From contig NC_073393.1 in NCBI RefSeq assembly GCF_028641065.1, positions 16,244,001 through 16,308,000 on the forward strand: DNA of 64,000 nucleotides, written 5' to 3'. Below the pieces are notes generated by a model. The model was not told the DNA's origin, did not search any database, and worked only from the letters and a program-made list of their open reading frames with translations. This document shows positions 49,162 to 62,804 of the stretch, piece by piece; within the stretch, counting starts at the first letter, position 1, and each line of letters opens with the position of its first letter. Position numbers and translations under genes: made by a program. Origin of the DNA: Leucoraja erinacea (lineage: Eukaryota).

Positions 49162-51856
49162 CAATGCCGTCCATAATGTTTGGGACAAAGACCCATCATT
49201 TATTTATTGCCTCTGTACTCCACAATTTGAGATTTGTAATAGAAAAAAATCACATGTGGTTAAAGTGCACAGTCAGATTTTAATAAAGTCATTTTCATAC
49301 ATTTTGGTTTCACCATGTAGAAATTACAACAGTGTTTATACCAGGCGCATGCCGTCAGGGTCAGCAAGGGAGGCACTGCCTACCCGGAATAAAATTATAA
49401 AAAGGTAATTATTAAATATAAATAGTTAAGATTTCCAATTCATTTACTAAATTCAATATCTATTATTAAATGGTTATTATTTTCATAATCGATCTTAGGC
49501 AAATTGAAGACTGTGCAAATCATGTACAAAGCAAAGAATAATTTCTTCCAAGAAATATACAAAAATTTATTTATGGGAAAGACAGGGTGGGTATAATTTG
49601 AGAGGGGAACATAATTAAAAAAAACTCAATGTCAGAACAACTCTTAAAAGTATGTGCATAGCAATCTGTGGTGTGAATTTGTGGAATGGTCTGGAACAGG
49701 AGATAAAACTTAGCACAAGCATAATTCAGTTTAAAAAGATGTACAAAAACACTTGTTTAAAAGGATATTGGGATGAGGATAGGTGATTGTGAGTTGGATA
49801 TTTGTTATACTAATTGTATTGGGAAGGGTGATTATAGAGTGATGGGTTGTATATATGACTAAGATACTGTACAGTATATGAGGGTTTTTTATTTTCTTCT
49901 TTTTTCCTTTTTTGTATGGCTTTGTAAATATTTGATTAGTGTTTAAATGTAAATAATTTGGTGTACATATAGTGGCTGGTGTACATATGGTGTGCATAAA
50001 TTTGTATAAGATAATTACAAGCAGTTGAATAAGGGGTGGGAATTAAAAAGCTTTGGCTTCCTCCTGCTTTTCAGACACATATGATTTCATTTATTTATAG
50101 ATATTGTTTATGACACTTTATAAATATGTTTTTGTTTTTTGTATGCTGTTTCACACTTGCTTTTTATTCATTTATTCTGTTCGATAAAGGCAGCTGAAAT
50201 TCTGCCTTTGCACTATGGACTGCACGCAAGGTGCTGTGCATGCCCACAGGAGAAGAGACCAATCTGCACATGCGCAGTTTTTAAGATTTTTTAAAAGTTG
50301 ACTGACTGCCTGCAGGACAGATTTGTGCATGCGCGCTTTTTACGATTTTTCTACGTATGTGCGATTGTCACGATTTTCTGCACATGCGCAGATTTTTAGG
50401 ATTTTTAAAAGTCAACTGACTGCCTATTGCCTATCTGAGTAATTACTCACGGCATGTGCCTGGATTATACATAGTCCCCCCATTTCAGGGCACCATAATG
50501 TTTGGGACATATGGCTTCACAGATGTTTGTAATTGCTCGGATGCAGGTATTAGAGAGCACTCAGCACCTAGTCTTTCCTCCAGTCTTTCCAAGACTTTTG
50601 GAAACATTTAATGCTGTTTACCAACATGAGGATCAAAGTTGTGCCAATGGAAGTCAAGGAAGCCATTATGAGAGAAACACGAATAAAACTTCCCAAAATC
50701 AACTGTCTGGAGCATCTTTAAGAAGAAAGAGAGCACTGGTGAGCTTACCAATTGCAAAGGGACTGGAAGGCCAAGGAAGGCCTCCACAGCTGATGACAGA
50801 GGAATTCTCTCTATAATAAAGAAAAAAATCCAAACACCAGTCCGACAGATCAGAAACACTCTTCAAGAGTCAGGTGTGAATTTGTCAATGACCACTGTCC
50901 ACAGAAGACTTCATGAACAGAGATAAAGAGGCTATACTACAAGATGCAAACCACTGGTTAGCCGCTAAATTTTAGGATGGCCAGGGTACAGATTGCCAAG
51001 AAGTACTTTAAAGAGCAACCACAGTTCTGGAAAAAGGTCTTGTGGACAGATGAGACAAAGATTAACTTATATCAGAGTGCTGGCAAGTGCAAAGTATGGA
51101 GGAGGGAAGGAACTGCCCAAGATCCAAAGAATACCACCTCATCTGTGAAGCATGGTGGTGGGGGTGTTATGGCCTGGGCATGTATGGCTGCTGAAAGTAC
51201 TGGGTCACTTATCTTCATTGATGATACAACTGCTGATGGTAGTAGCATAATGAATTCTGAAATGTATGACACATCCTATCTGCTCCAGTTCAAACAAATG
51301 CCTCAAAACTCATTGGCCAATGGTTCATTCTACAGCAAGACAATGATCCCAAACATACTGCTAAAGCAACAAAGGAGTTTTTCAAAGCTAAGAAATGGTC
51401 AATTCTTGAGTGGCCAAGTCAATCATCCGATCTGAACCTAATTGAGCATGCCTTTTATATGCTGAAGAGAAACCTGAAGGGGATTTGCCCCATAAGCTAA
51501 AGATGGCTGCAATACAGGCCTGGCCAGAGAAGACACCCAGCAACTGGTGATGTCCATGAATCACAGACTTCAAGCAGTCATTGCATGTAATGGATATGCA
51601 CCAAAATACTAAACATGACTACTTTCATTTACATGACATTGCTGTGTCCCAAACATCATGGTACACTGAAATTGGAAGACAATGTATAAACGCTACATTG
51701 TGAAACCAAATTGTATAGAAATGGCCTTTATTAAAATCTGACAATGTGCACTTTAAGCACATGTAATTTTTTTTCTATTACAAATCTCAAATTGTGGAGT
51801 ACAGATGCAAATAAATAAATGATGGGTCTTTGTCCCAAACATTGTGGAGGGCACTG
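49162..51856 (+). mobile_element. Tc1/mariner transposon, IR/DR type, decayed transposase (~50625-51612)
   Basis: TA-flanked long TIRs. WKKVLWTDETK, SVKHGGGGVMAW, and frameshifted QDNDPKH and WPSQSSDLN. Confidence 0.92.
49342..50462. mobile_element. hAT-type non-autonomous element nested in the Tc1 left TIR, containing a LINE 3' fragment
   Basis: TIR caggcgcatgccgt / acggcatgtgcctg. 8-bp TSD gtttatac / gattatac. Confidence 0.75.
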
Positions 51857-53199
51857 TATATTCTATGTTTTATAACATACCTGAACAACATTCCAGGTAC
51901 ATCCTATTCTTGTAACTGGTACTGCTTGGCCACAATGGTGGCTGAGTCTGGAGTGCAATCTTTCAGCAATATAGCTAGGGTGTTGCCTGGTCCATACTAT
52001 TTGCTTTATGGAATATTACTCAGCCATTCTGGAATTCTATGGTTAGTGCGAATCATGCTGGTCGTAAACAACCTCCTGTAAAGGCAAAGACATCAGCAAG
52101 AAGCCAAACTAAATGCTACTAAACATCAGCTGTCGATAAGAATAGCTTGGCTGATAAGGCCATTCTATCCACATCCTACACACTGACTTCAGAGATGGCT
52201 ACACTCGTGTCAAGACCTAAGCGTCCGGTAGAATTTCCACATCAATGATTCATGCTAAATGGCCACACATTTGCAATTGTGCAAAAGAACATTTAAATTT
52301 AACTTTGCGGTGCTAAATACATGCTGCTATACAATCCAATTTCATGGTAACAGGTTACCTAAAAGTCACAGGCAGCAATCAGCTGCTACATGTGCACATT
52401 AGCACCAGTGGCCGAGAATGTATCTCCAAAAGAAAGAGATTTAAATAGAAAAGATAAGGGAAATGACAAGTTCAAAAACATAAGCCAAGCTGCATATAGA
52501 AAGCAAAGGGAACAAGGGAAGCTGGACACAAAATGTTTGAATAACTCAGCAGGTCAGGTAGCATCTCTGGGGAAAAAGAATATGGGACTTTGCAGGTCGA
52601 AACCTTTCTTCAGACATCTCGACCCAAAATGGGGGGGGGGGGGTGTGGAAGGCTGGTTGAAGTTAATGCCATTGATCTTACATAGTGAAACTTCAAAGGT
52701 CCACTGTACGCTTGCTCAGAAATTCCGATGGTTCAGCATCAGCTCACCTGTTACCTGTGTTCCCTTTGAACTCACCGGGACCTTATTTTCATACCCCTTT
52801 TAAACTCAGTGTTCACTGAAAAAATGATTATACTACCCTGTAACATCCAAAGAAAAGTCCGTTAAAGTAAGTTTCAAGACATTTATTAAAAGTGTATTAT
52901 TAAATGCAAATGCATTTAATATCAATTAATACTATTAAGAGTAATATAAATATTAAGTACATTATCAAGAGTAGAGCTAATAGAACGTGATGTTTCAATC
53001 CCTGTATTAAGTCGTCACTCTTGATATTGGCAGTGGGATTGGAGTAGTGAAAGCTAGGGTAGGTACGTCATCGGGGTCATCAGGTGGGCACCCTCCTTCT
53101 TTGATGTGTCATTGATAGGCCCACAACGTCTCCAGAGAGCTCAACGGTGATACCTGGAGTCCAGGTACAACCCCCCTCAGTTCCATACCCTCCTGTCTT

Positions 53200-55330
53200 C
53201 ATTTTCCAGCCCAGTTGGTGTCTTTCCTTTTTAATGCAAAGCTAATTTCTGCTTTTTTTCTGCTGAATTTGATAATAACTTGATTGCTTGTTGGAGGGAG
53301 CGACCCCTCACCCCCATTTTCTTCAATAGACTGGTCGTAGATGCAGCAACGAATCCCCTGCATCCCGTGCAGGGAAATTTTTCATCTTCCATCCATTCTG
53401 GGCAGCTTCAGTCGCCAATTCAGAGTATTTGGTCTTTTTTCCTCTCATAAGCTTCTTCAACACCATCTTCCCATGGAACTGTCAATTCCACAACGTATGC
53501 CAGCTTGGCTGTTGTAGACCACAGGACCATGTCTGGCCCGGAGTGTTGTAGCCACAATGTCTGGGGGAAACACAAGCTTTTTTTCCAAGTCTACGTCCAT
53601 TTTCCAATCCTGAGCAGGCTGCAGAATGTTTGCATCTTTTGATGTTATCTGGTGCTCTGGAGATTGGCCTGCTGGTACAATGTTGTGAAGTGTACATGTC
53701 CTTCCGATGTTTGTGGTGAAATATTTGTGGTTATTTGCATCTGTTCAAGATTGAAGCCAGCTGTCTGAGAACATGGTTGTGCCGCCTAGTGTAACGCCTT
53801 TGGGCGAGGCTCATAGTGCATCCTGTTAAAATGTGCCTCAGCAGGTGCTTGGCAAAGAGAGAAAACGGGGTCTTCTCCGAACCACTGCTTCAGGTTCTGG
53901 GGCGATGGGAGAACATCATAAGTGGCTCAGATGACAAAACTTAGCCGAGATCCCTCCATCCGCCAGATGTTAAGCCAGCTGAGTTTCCTCTTTTCCAAGC
54001 TCTCCCAGTTTGTCCTGCTTGGCCATTGAGATGGTCTTGGCGTGTTGCTCTGTCTCCTCCCGTCTTCTCACCTCCTCCACCATGAGCCGTCTCTTCTGCA
54101 CTGATGTTGCCTTGTGCCATTGAGGAGCTTTTGGGACGAGCCCGAGCCCGGCTCGCCCGTGTTGGACTTGGCCAACCACATCCCTGAAATGAAGCGCAGA
54201 TTTAGCACTCTGAACGGCTAAGATGGGGTCCACTTCCTCCCCATTGTCATGTGGGGGGCCGCTGTTTGAATTACAGTATCTTCAGATTCAGTGAGGTTCA
54301 TGACCAACCTTGCTTTAGTGCATTTGAACTCTTCCACAAGACCTGCAATGCGTAATTCCAATTTGCCACTCACATACAGTCCGACAGGACTTAAGCATCA
54401 TGGAAGTCCAAGCCACTGCTTCATATGTGTGCTGATAATTCTTTCCAGCTTTTCCACTTTGCTGATGGGGATTTCATACACAGTTAAAGGCCACATGAAT
54501 CTTGGTAGTATGCCAAACTGGAAGCACCACAGCTTGAGTTTTCCTGGTAGCAAGGTCTTGTTGATGTGAGCTATATGCGTGATGGTATCCTTTTTGAGTT
54601 GTTCAAACTGCTCGGTGTTCTTGAGCTTTGCATCATGCCATTGGCCCAAGCTCTTCACTGGCATATCTGAAACAGTTGGAACAGGTATTCCGTCAATATG
54701 AAATCTTTGATCCTTGACTTGACCTTTGACAATGGAGATGCTTCTGCACTTGCTGGGTTTGAGCTTCATCCTTCCCCATGTGATGTTTTGATGATGTTTT
54801 TCCAGAAGTCTCTTGGTGCAGGGGACAGTTGTCGTTAGTGTTGTTATATCATCCATATAGGCTCGTATAGGTGGTAACCGCTGACCACACTGTCACCTTT
54901 TTCATCCCACAACCCATTTTGATGCTCTGATAATGAGCTCCACTGCTGTAGTGAAGGTCAATGGGGAGATGGTGCAGCCCGCCATGATGCCTACTTCCAG
55001 TGGTTGCCAAGCTGTGGCAAAGTCTGATGTTGTGAGACAAAATTGCAGATCCTGGAAGTAGTTTTTCTACCAGATTTGTTATTGTTGTAGGCACCTTTCA
55101 GAATTCAAAAGCAGTCCACAGTAGCGAATGAAGAACTGATCCATAGGCATTGGCCAGGTCGAGGAACATGACATGCAGATTATTTTGTTCTTTCTTAGCT
55201 GTCTAGATTTGATGTCATATGACGCTGGTATGCTCAAGGCATCCTGAGAAGCCTGCTATGCCAGCCTTTTGGATTGACGTATCAATTGAAAATAGTTTGT
55301 GTCAGGACACTTTGTAGTCTGACGCTTAAC
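53200..55330 (-). mobile_element. HERO/NeSL-like non-LTR retrotransposon remnant (RT plus restriction-like endonuclease)
   Basis: YMDDITTLT, LKPSKCRSISI, WPLTVYE, HILTGC..YTRRHNHVL, PDMVLWS, ELTVPWED. Confidence 0.85.
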
Positions 55331-55406
55331 AACATGACAACCATTATCTTGCCTTTCTTGTTAAAGAAGGTTTAATTGCCCAAAACTGTTCGATGGTTGG
55401 GGGATC

Positions 55407-55506
55407 NNNNNNNNNNNNNNNNNNNNNNNNNNNNNNNNNNNNNNNNNNNNNNNNNNNNNNNNNNNNNNNNNNNNNNNNNNNNNNNNNNNNNNNNNNNNNN
55501 NNNNNN
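55407..55506. other. Scaffold gap (100 N, size probably arbitrary)
   Basis: Run of exactly 100 N, immediately preceded by GATC. Confidence 0.99.
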
Positions 55507-58500
55507 TTTTATCCAAGCCAATTAACTTTCAACCTCTACGTATTTTGTTGTGTGAGAGGAAACCGAAGATCTTGGAGAAAATACACGCAGGTCAAGGTGA
55601 GAACGTACAAACTGTGTGAAGCACCCGCGGTCAGGATCGAACCCAGGTCTCTGGCGCTGGAAGGCAGTAGCTCTACCGCTGAACCACCTTGCCGCCCATG
55701 TACTTGGTTATTTCTTCAGGAAACTCAATCAAATTTGTGGGACACAATCTCACATGTACCTGACCATGCTGGTTATGTCTACTCAGTCCCCCTTTATTCA
55801 AATATGTCGATATTATATTACAGAATCCTCTCCAGCAACTTGTCTACCATAGATGTTACCTCACAAATTTCTTATTCCGTCTATTAATGTCACATGTGGG
55901 AACGAAATCATGGATGCTTTTGTCAGACGCGCAAACGTCCTATTGATCTCAAACAATTCTAAAACATTGTAGAAACTGTTATCCCACTATTTTAAAACAG
56001 AATAAGATTGAGAAAACGAGTATTTGCAAGGCAGTTGCATTTGGGAAAAGCTGGAATATAATACTGATGGATTGTAATACAGTAGTTTGAACGCCTAATC
56101 AAGATTATTTCACGGAATATTCTGAATATTCAGGGTTATACGTCCTATAGAAAGGACAGGCAGGTGGGACGGGAAGGTGGGGTAGCTCTCTTGGTGAGGG
56201 ATGGAATTCAGTCCCCTGCGAGGGGTGACATAGGGACTGATGATGTCGATTTGCTGTGGATAGAATTGAGCAATTGATACTGATAGGAATTAGCTACTGG
56301 CCCCCAAACAGTAGCCTGGAGATAGATACGTGCAAGTTGCAGCAGGAGTTAAAATTTGCATGTAACAAAGGTAATGCCACTGTGGTTATGGGAGATTTCA
56401 ATATGCAGGCGGACTGGGAAAATCAGGTTGGTTCTGGATCCCAAGAAAGGGAGTTTGTAGAGTGCCTCCAAAATGGATTATTAGAGCAACTTGTACTGGA
56501 GCCTACCAGAGAGAAGGCAATTCTGGATTTAGTGTTGTTCAATGAACCAGATTTAATAAAGGACCTTAAGGTAAAGGAACCGCTAGGAGGCAGTGATCAT
56601 AATATGATACAGTTTAATCTGCAATTTGGGAGGGCGAAGGTTAAATTAGAAGTGCCAGTGTTGCAGTTAAACAATTGGGACTATGAAGGCATGAGAGAGG
56701 AGCTGTTCAAGGTCGACTGGGAAAGGATCCTAGCAGGAATGACGGGAATGATAGGAATTTCTGGGCATAATCCAGAAGATGCAGGATCATTTCATTCCAA
56801 AGAGGAAGAAAGATTCTAAGGGAAGTAAGATGCAACCGTAGCTGACAAAGGAAGTTAGGGATGGAATAAAACTAAAGGAAAAGGTGTATAACATAGCAAA
56901 GAGTAGCAGGAAGCCAGAGAAATGGAACACGTTCAAAGGACAACTGAAGGTAACAAAAAGGGCAAGACGGGGTAAAAGATGAAGTACGAGGGTAAACTGG
57001 CCAAGAATATAAAGAAGGATAGTAAAAGCTTAATTAGGTATGTTTAGATAAATAGATTAGTAAAGACAAATGTGGGTCCCTTAAAGGCAGAAACAGGTGA
57101 AATTATTATGGGGAACAAATAATAATTTGTTCCCCATAACAGAAGAGTTGAACAGGCACTTTAGTTCTGGCTTCACTAAGATCCCACACAGGAGATGAGT
57201 GGGCAAAATTAGAGCTCATGGTATTGGGGGTAGGATATTGACATGGATAGAGAATTGGTTGGCAGACAGGAAACAAAGAGCAGGAATAAACAGGTCCCTG
57301 TCACATTAACAGGTAGTGGCGAGTGGAGTGCCGCAACTATTTACAATACATATTCATGATTTAGATGATGGGATTAAAAGTTACACTAGCAAATTTGCAG
57401 ATGACACAAAGCTGGGCGGCAATGTGAACTGCGAAAAGGATGCTAGGAGGTTGCAGGGTGACTTTTGAGTGAGGTGGTAAAGGATTTATTCGAGTAAAGA
57501 GGTCATTCTGCAGTTGTACAGGGCACTGGTGAGACCACATCTGGAGTATTGTGTGCCAGTTTGTTCTCCTAATTTGAGGAACGACATCCTTGCTATTGAG
57601 GTAGGTTCACAAGGTTAATCCCTGGGATGGCGGAACTCAGTTGTTGAAAGATTGGAAAGACTGGGCTTGTATTCGCTGGAATTTAGAAGGATGAGAGAGG
57701 ATCTTATAGGAACGTATACAATTATAACAGGACTGGACAAGCTTGATGCAGGAAATATGTTCCCAATGTTGAGGGAGTCCAGAACCAGGGGCCACAGTCT
57801 AAGAATAAAGGAGAGGCCATTTAAAACTGAGATGAGAAAAACGTTTTCACCCGGAGTTGTGTATTTGTGGAATTCTCTGCCACAGAAGGCACTAGAGGTC
57901 AATTCACTGGATGAATTTAAAACTTGAAGTGCCAAATGGCCTCCTCCTGCACCTACTTTCTATGTCTCTATATTTCTATGTTTCTATGATCCTACGAAAC
58001 AGAAGGAAAATCTTCGATTCTAGGCCTGTTCACATAAATCCAATTATTTCCTTTATTTTTGTACCTCTTTTCCTTCCTGTGGTAATTAACTCCATTGCGA
58101 TTCTCCCGTGATGTCCCACAGTGCAATTTTACAGGAAACAATTTACCTTCCAGTCAGGTCATGCTTAGGCTCGATGGGAAGTAGACATATATTCGTAGGG
58201 AGAACATGCATTCTCCACATGGTCAGCATCTGAATGTGAATTTGTGAAAGAAAATCATTTTGCCATTGAGAGTATTATTCAGGGTGTACAGGGTGTATTC
58301 AGCTAATATTGGACACTGTTTATTCTAACTTCCATGTAGTGTTCAGAGCAAGCAAACAAATGTATTTATCTAGCAAATTTCAGCAACAAGGCAATTCAAA
58401 GTGCTTTACACAAAGCATTAAAGAGCAATCAAAGTAATTAAAAAAACATTCATTAAAAAGAATAGAAAATAAAAACAAGCTAAAATAAAATAAGACAAGT

Positions 58501-61495
58501 ATAAAATACAAGAATAAAAGTTACAGCGCAGTGTAAGAAATGAATAATTATTTTATTTAATCAAAGGCAATGTCAAACAGAAAAGACTTCAGCCCCGATT
58601 TCAAAGAATTGAGAGATGGTGCTGACCTGCATTTTTCTGGAAGTTTGTTCCATATATGTGGTGCATAAAAACTAAACGCTGCTTCTCCAAGTATAGTTCT
58701 GACTCTGGGGACAGAAAGCAGCCTGTCCCTGATGATCTCAGAGGTCTGGATGGTTCATAATGCAGCAGAAGATCAGCAATGCATTTTGGCCCAGAACATT
58801 CAATGATTTATAAAGCAACAGTAATATTTTGAAATCAATTCTTTGACAGTAAAGACCTCAAAACTGGAGTGATGTGATCCACTTTCTTGGTCTTAGAGAG
58901 GACTCGAGCAGCAGCATTCTGAATCAGCTGCAGCTATCTGATCGATTTTCTGGGGAGATCTGTGAAGACAGCATTACGGTAGTCAAGTCTACTGAAGATA
59001 GATGCATGGACAAGATTTTCCAAATCCTGCTGAACCATTGGTCCTTTAACCCTTGATATATTCTTAAGGTTATAGTAGGCTGACTTTGTAATTGTTTTAA
59101 CGTGGCTGTTGAAATTCAGGTCTGAGTCCATGACTACACCAAGAGTTCTGGCTTTGTCCGTGATTTATAACATTGCCGGTTGAAGCTGCACTGACTTTTA
59201 ATCGATCCTCTTTGGCTTAAACTACCTCAGTTTTGGCACAGCCAATCTTTGATTTGTTCGATGCACCTACTCAGTATTTGTATTGGACCATAGTCCCCCT
59301 GGTGATATAGTTATCTAAATGTTTGCGTCGTATGCATAATTATGGTAACTTATTTTGTTGTTTTCCATAATCTGAATCAGTGGGAGCATGTAGATGTTAA
59401 TCAGAAGGGGCCCCAGAATGGAGCCCTGGGGAACTCCACACGTCATGTTTGTCCACTCTGATGTGTAATTACCTAGAGACACAAAGTAGTCCCTGTTCTT
59501 TAAGTAGGATTAAAACCAGTTAAGTTCTGTACCAGAAAGTCCAACCCAGTTTTCCAATCGGTCTAGTTAATATGGTGTGGTCGACCGTGTCAAATGTGGC
59601 ACTGCGATCCAGTAATACTAAGACTGAAATTTTGCCACTGTCTGTATATAAGTGTATGTCATTAAAGACCTTACCATGAGCAGTCTCAGTGCTGTGGTGC
59701 AGTTGAAAATCTGACTGAAAGACATCAAAGTAGTTGTTTAGGGACAAGAAGTTGTTAAGCTGTTGAAAAACAGCTTTTTCAATGAGTTTATTAAAAAGGG
59801 AAGGTTTGATATGGGCCTGCATTTGCACATTAGTGAGTGTTTAGATTGTCCTTTTTTTAAGAGTGGCTTGATGACTGCAGTTTTCATGGCCCTTGGGAAG
59901 GCACCTGAGAGAAGGGACGTGTTTATGTATTTGTAGAAGATCTGAGGCCAAATAATTTGAAACATTTTTGTAAAAGACTGTTGGAGAGAAGCGGAATAAA
60001 AGATCAATAATATTGGGAATTCTATGTTCATGTGGACTTCGAAATCTTAGTGTACACGTGTCCACGTGTATTTCAGACAGGAACAACACGTTATGCATTA
60101 ATGTATCTGAATTAAATAAGAATAATGCAGGAAAGTGGCACTGATTATTCGGGATTATGCTGGTTGCCAGAGCAGTGAACCCAACCAAATGATCTACTGT
60201 CAGGAAACATGTTCCCGATGTTGGGGGAGTCCAGAACCAGGGGCCACAGTTTAAGAATAAGGAGTAAGCCATTTAGAACGGAGACGAAGAAACACTTTTT
60301 CTCCCAGAGAGTGGTGAGTCTGTGGAATTCTCTGCCTCAGAGGGCGGTGGAGGCAGATTCTCTGGATGCTTTCAAGAGAGAGCTAGATAGGGCTCTTAAA
60401 AATAGCGGAGTCAGGGGATATGGGGAGAAGGCAGGAACGGGGTAGTGATTGGGCATGATTAGCCATGATCACATTGAATGGCGGTGCTGGCTAGAAGGGC
60501 CGAATGGCCTACTCCTGCACCTATTGTCTATTGTCTACTTTTACTGTGTTGAAAATGGTGCAGTCCAATGAACACTGGAGCAAGACATTCTAGCGAATTT
60601 CATGGAAAAGCCTTTTAGAAGTACCGGCAGGTTTGTTTTTCATACTGTCAAGGGTGTTTTTATACCAGGTAAATGTATTAATTTGATCGTTGCATTCTGG
60701 TTGGGCGGAAATGGGATATCCGGGAATTTCATGACGCGGATTCAAATTATTGTGTGGCAGCGGTTTTCTCGTTAATTAACTATATTTTCGCTATTTTCCT
60801 ACAATGATTAGGTTCCTGAAAGTGCTTGAAAACTAATGATCCTACCTTGACAGCAGAACACTGTGGACAACAATGGTCGTAGTATAAATGCGTTAAAAAA
60901 TATTCTGCCAGAATAGATTTCAAAGGAAATTGATCAAACTCTCGACAAAATGTTGTGATGGTTGTTGTGAAAAATTAAGTGTCTATAGTCTTTGGTATGC
61001 TGAAAACTGTCTGTATTTAGGTCAGAATGAAATGAGACAGAACAATATAGGGCCTAAATCCCTCGCCTCATAGTTTTTCTTTCGGAAATAACAAATACAT
61101 TGAAAATTACCATGCGATCAGAACTAACCATAAAACGTCTATTTTAGTTATGTAACGGATAATAATAACGTAATTCAAAGTGTTTGGAAAGTTACTTTAT
61201 CAGTTAAACACAACACATATTACAAAATATGTATTAAATTTCATAGCAAGGCGTCAATATTTAATCATTAATCCCACAAGTAACTCACAATCAATAATGT
61301 AGACGTGAGTACGTCGACCGGTACTGAACATATTATTTTTCCAGAATTTCAGTGCCTATATCTAATTCGTCTGAAATTCAAATTATGAATGTTTAAGTTT
61401 TGTAGGCTACTGTGTAGGCACATCTTACAATTACAATAATCTTGGGTAACCATACAGTATTCGCTGGAAGGCTGGGGCTTCAATGGTGGCCAGGT

Positions 61496-61571
61496 TCATT
61501 GGGTGGCGCTTGGTTGATCCTGCTTGAGGTTTCCAACACTCTCTATTTGATGGCTTTTTCTTACATGGACC
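61496..61571 (-). CDS. Gene 3 terminal exon (identical to gene 2)
   Basis: Identical 76 nt and acceptor. Confidence 0.6.
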
Positions 61572-62632
61572 CTGCACAAACAAGAGAGGGTGGAGAAAAC
61601 CTTGCTAACTATCGGTACAATTTAATTATGCAAACATTTGTTCTATAGAAGATAGTTTAAGGATATTTTCTCAGGCGGATAAAATATATTCAACAGTTAT
61701 AAATAACATCACATTTATAAATGGGTACAATTTCAGTAAAGACAAAAGTTTACTTTTATCCCATTTACTCCAAAGGGATTGAAAACCATAAGTATTTTAA
61801 GTTTAAAAAAGAGTGAGTGGACTCATTGCATGAAGTAAAATTTGTAGAGACTGAAGTCATCATTTTTCATTGCTGGTTGAAAACCCGGATTGAGAGGGAG
61901 CAAGAGTGGGGGGGGGGGGGGGGGGGGGGGGGGATCTGGGTCTGGCTGAACCTGAATTTCTTTCAAGTTTTAGTTTATTTATGCTGTTTTTTTTTTTTCT
62001 CTGCATTTTAGGTGTAAATGCAATTGAGGAACATAGAAACAATTGATAAGGATTTTGCAGGTAACTTTACACTATTTTCGCCTATTCTTCGGGAAATAAT
62101 TTCAAATTAAAAGTGAAAAGACGACGGATATTCGCATCTTCTCCTGGAAAATATGCATCTTGGCATGACTTGCGTGTTTCATCAGTCTGGATGCAGACTT
62201 TAGAGAAACATGAAACTTTACTATTTGCATTTGACAAAATATCTGCGCTTCAACACTCTTCAATATTGAATATTACCGGCGAAGAATGATTGAAGACAAA
62301 AGTTGCACGAGAGGGAGCGTGATCTTACCGGCTCTTGGATTCCTTGTCAGCTCATTGGATTTAACCAGAATAAACAACTTGAGCAATCACTGATGCTTAT
62401 AGTTAATTTACTTGCAACCAGTTCCTCTTACTGTCAACGCTGTGTATAATTCTTCATGCTAAGTTGCCAAGAATATATTGGCATTTCAAAGAATTTACAT
62501 CACAGTCCAAGTCCTTCAGATTTAAATTATAATTATATTTATGATCCTCTGCGCCATACACAAACTTTCGCAAATATCTTTCCTAATTCCATGAAATATT
62601 GTACAAACATATTTTTTCCATATATAACGTAC

Positions 62633-62738
62633 CTTTTATAAAACAGCAACTGACAGTGCGTCCCAATAACGGCACCAATCAGGATCAGGAGCACCAGGAA
62701 GCCCAGAGCATGTCTAATGTGGAAGGCGAAAGCATTAA
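62633..62738 (-). CDS. Gene 3 activating-type TM exon ([36 protein letters not shown]); ectodomain exons would lie beyond the window
   Basis: Same splice sites and phases as 33443-33548. The Arg is retained. 6 nt and 4 aa differences. Confidence 0.8.
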
Positions 62739-62772
62739 CTGCAGAAATAATAGGAGCAAATTAATTCCTGTG

Positions 62773-62804
<32 letters not shown>

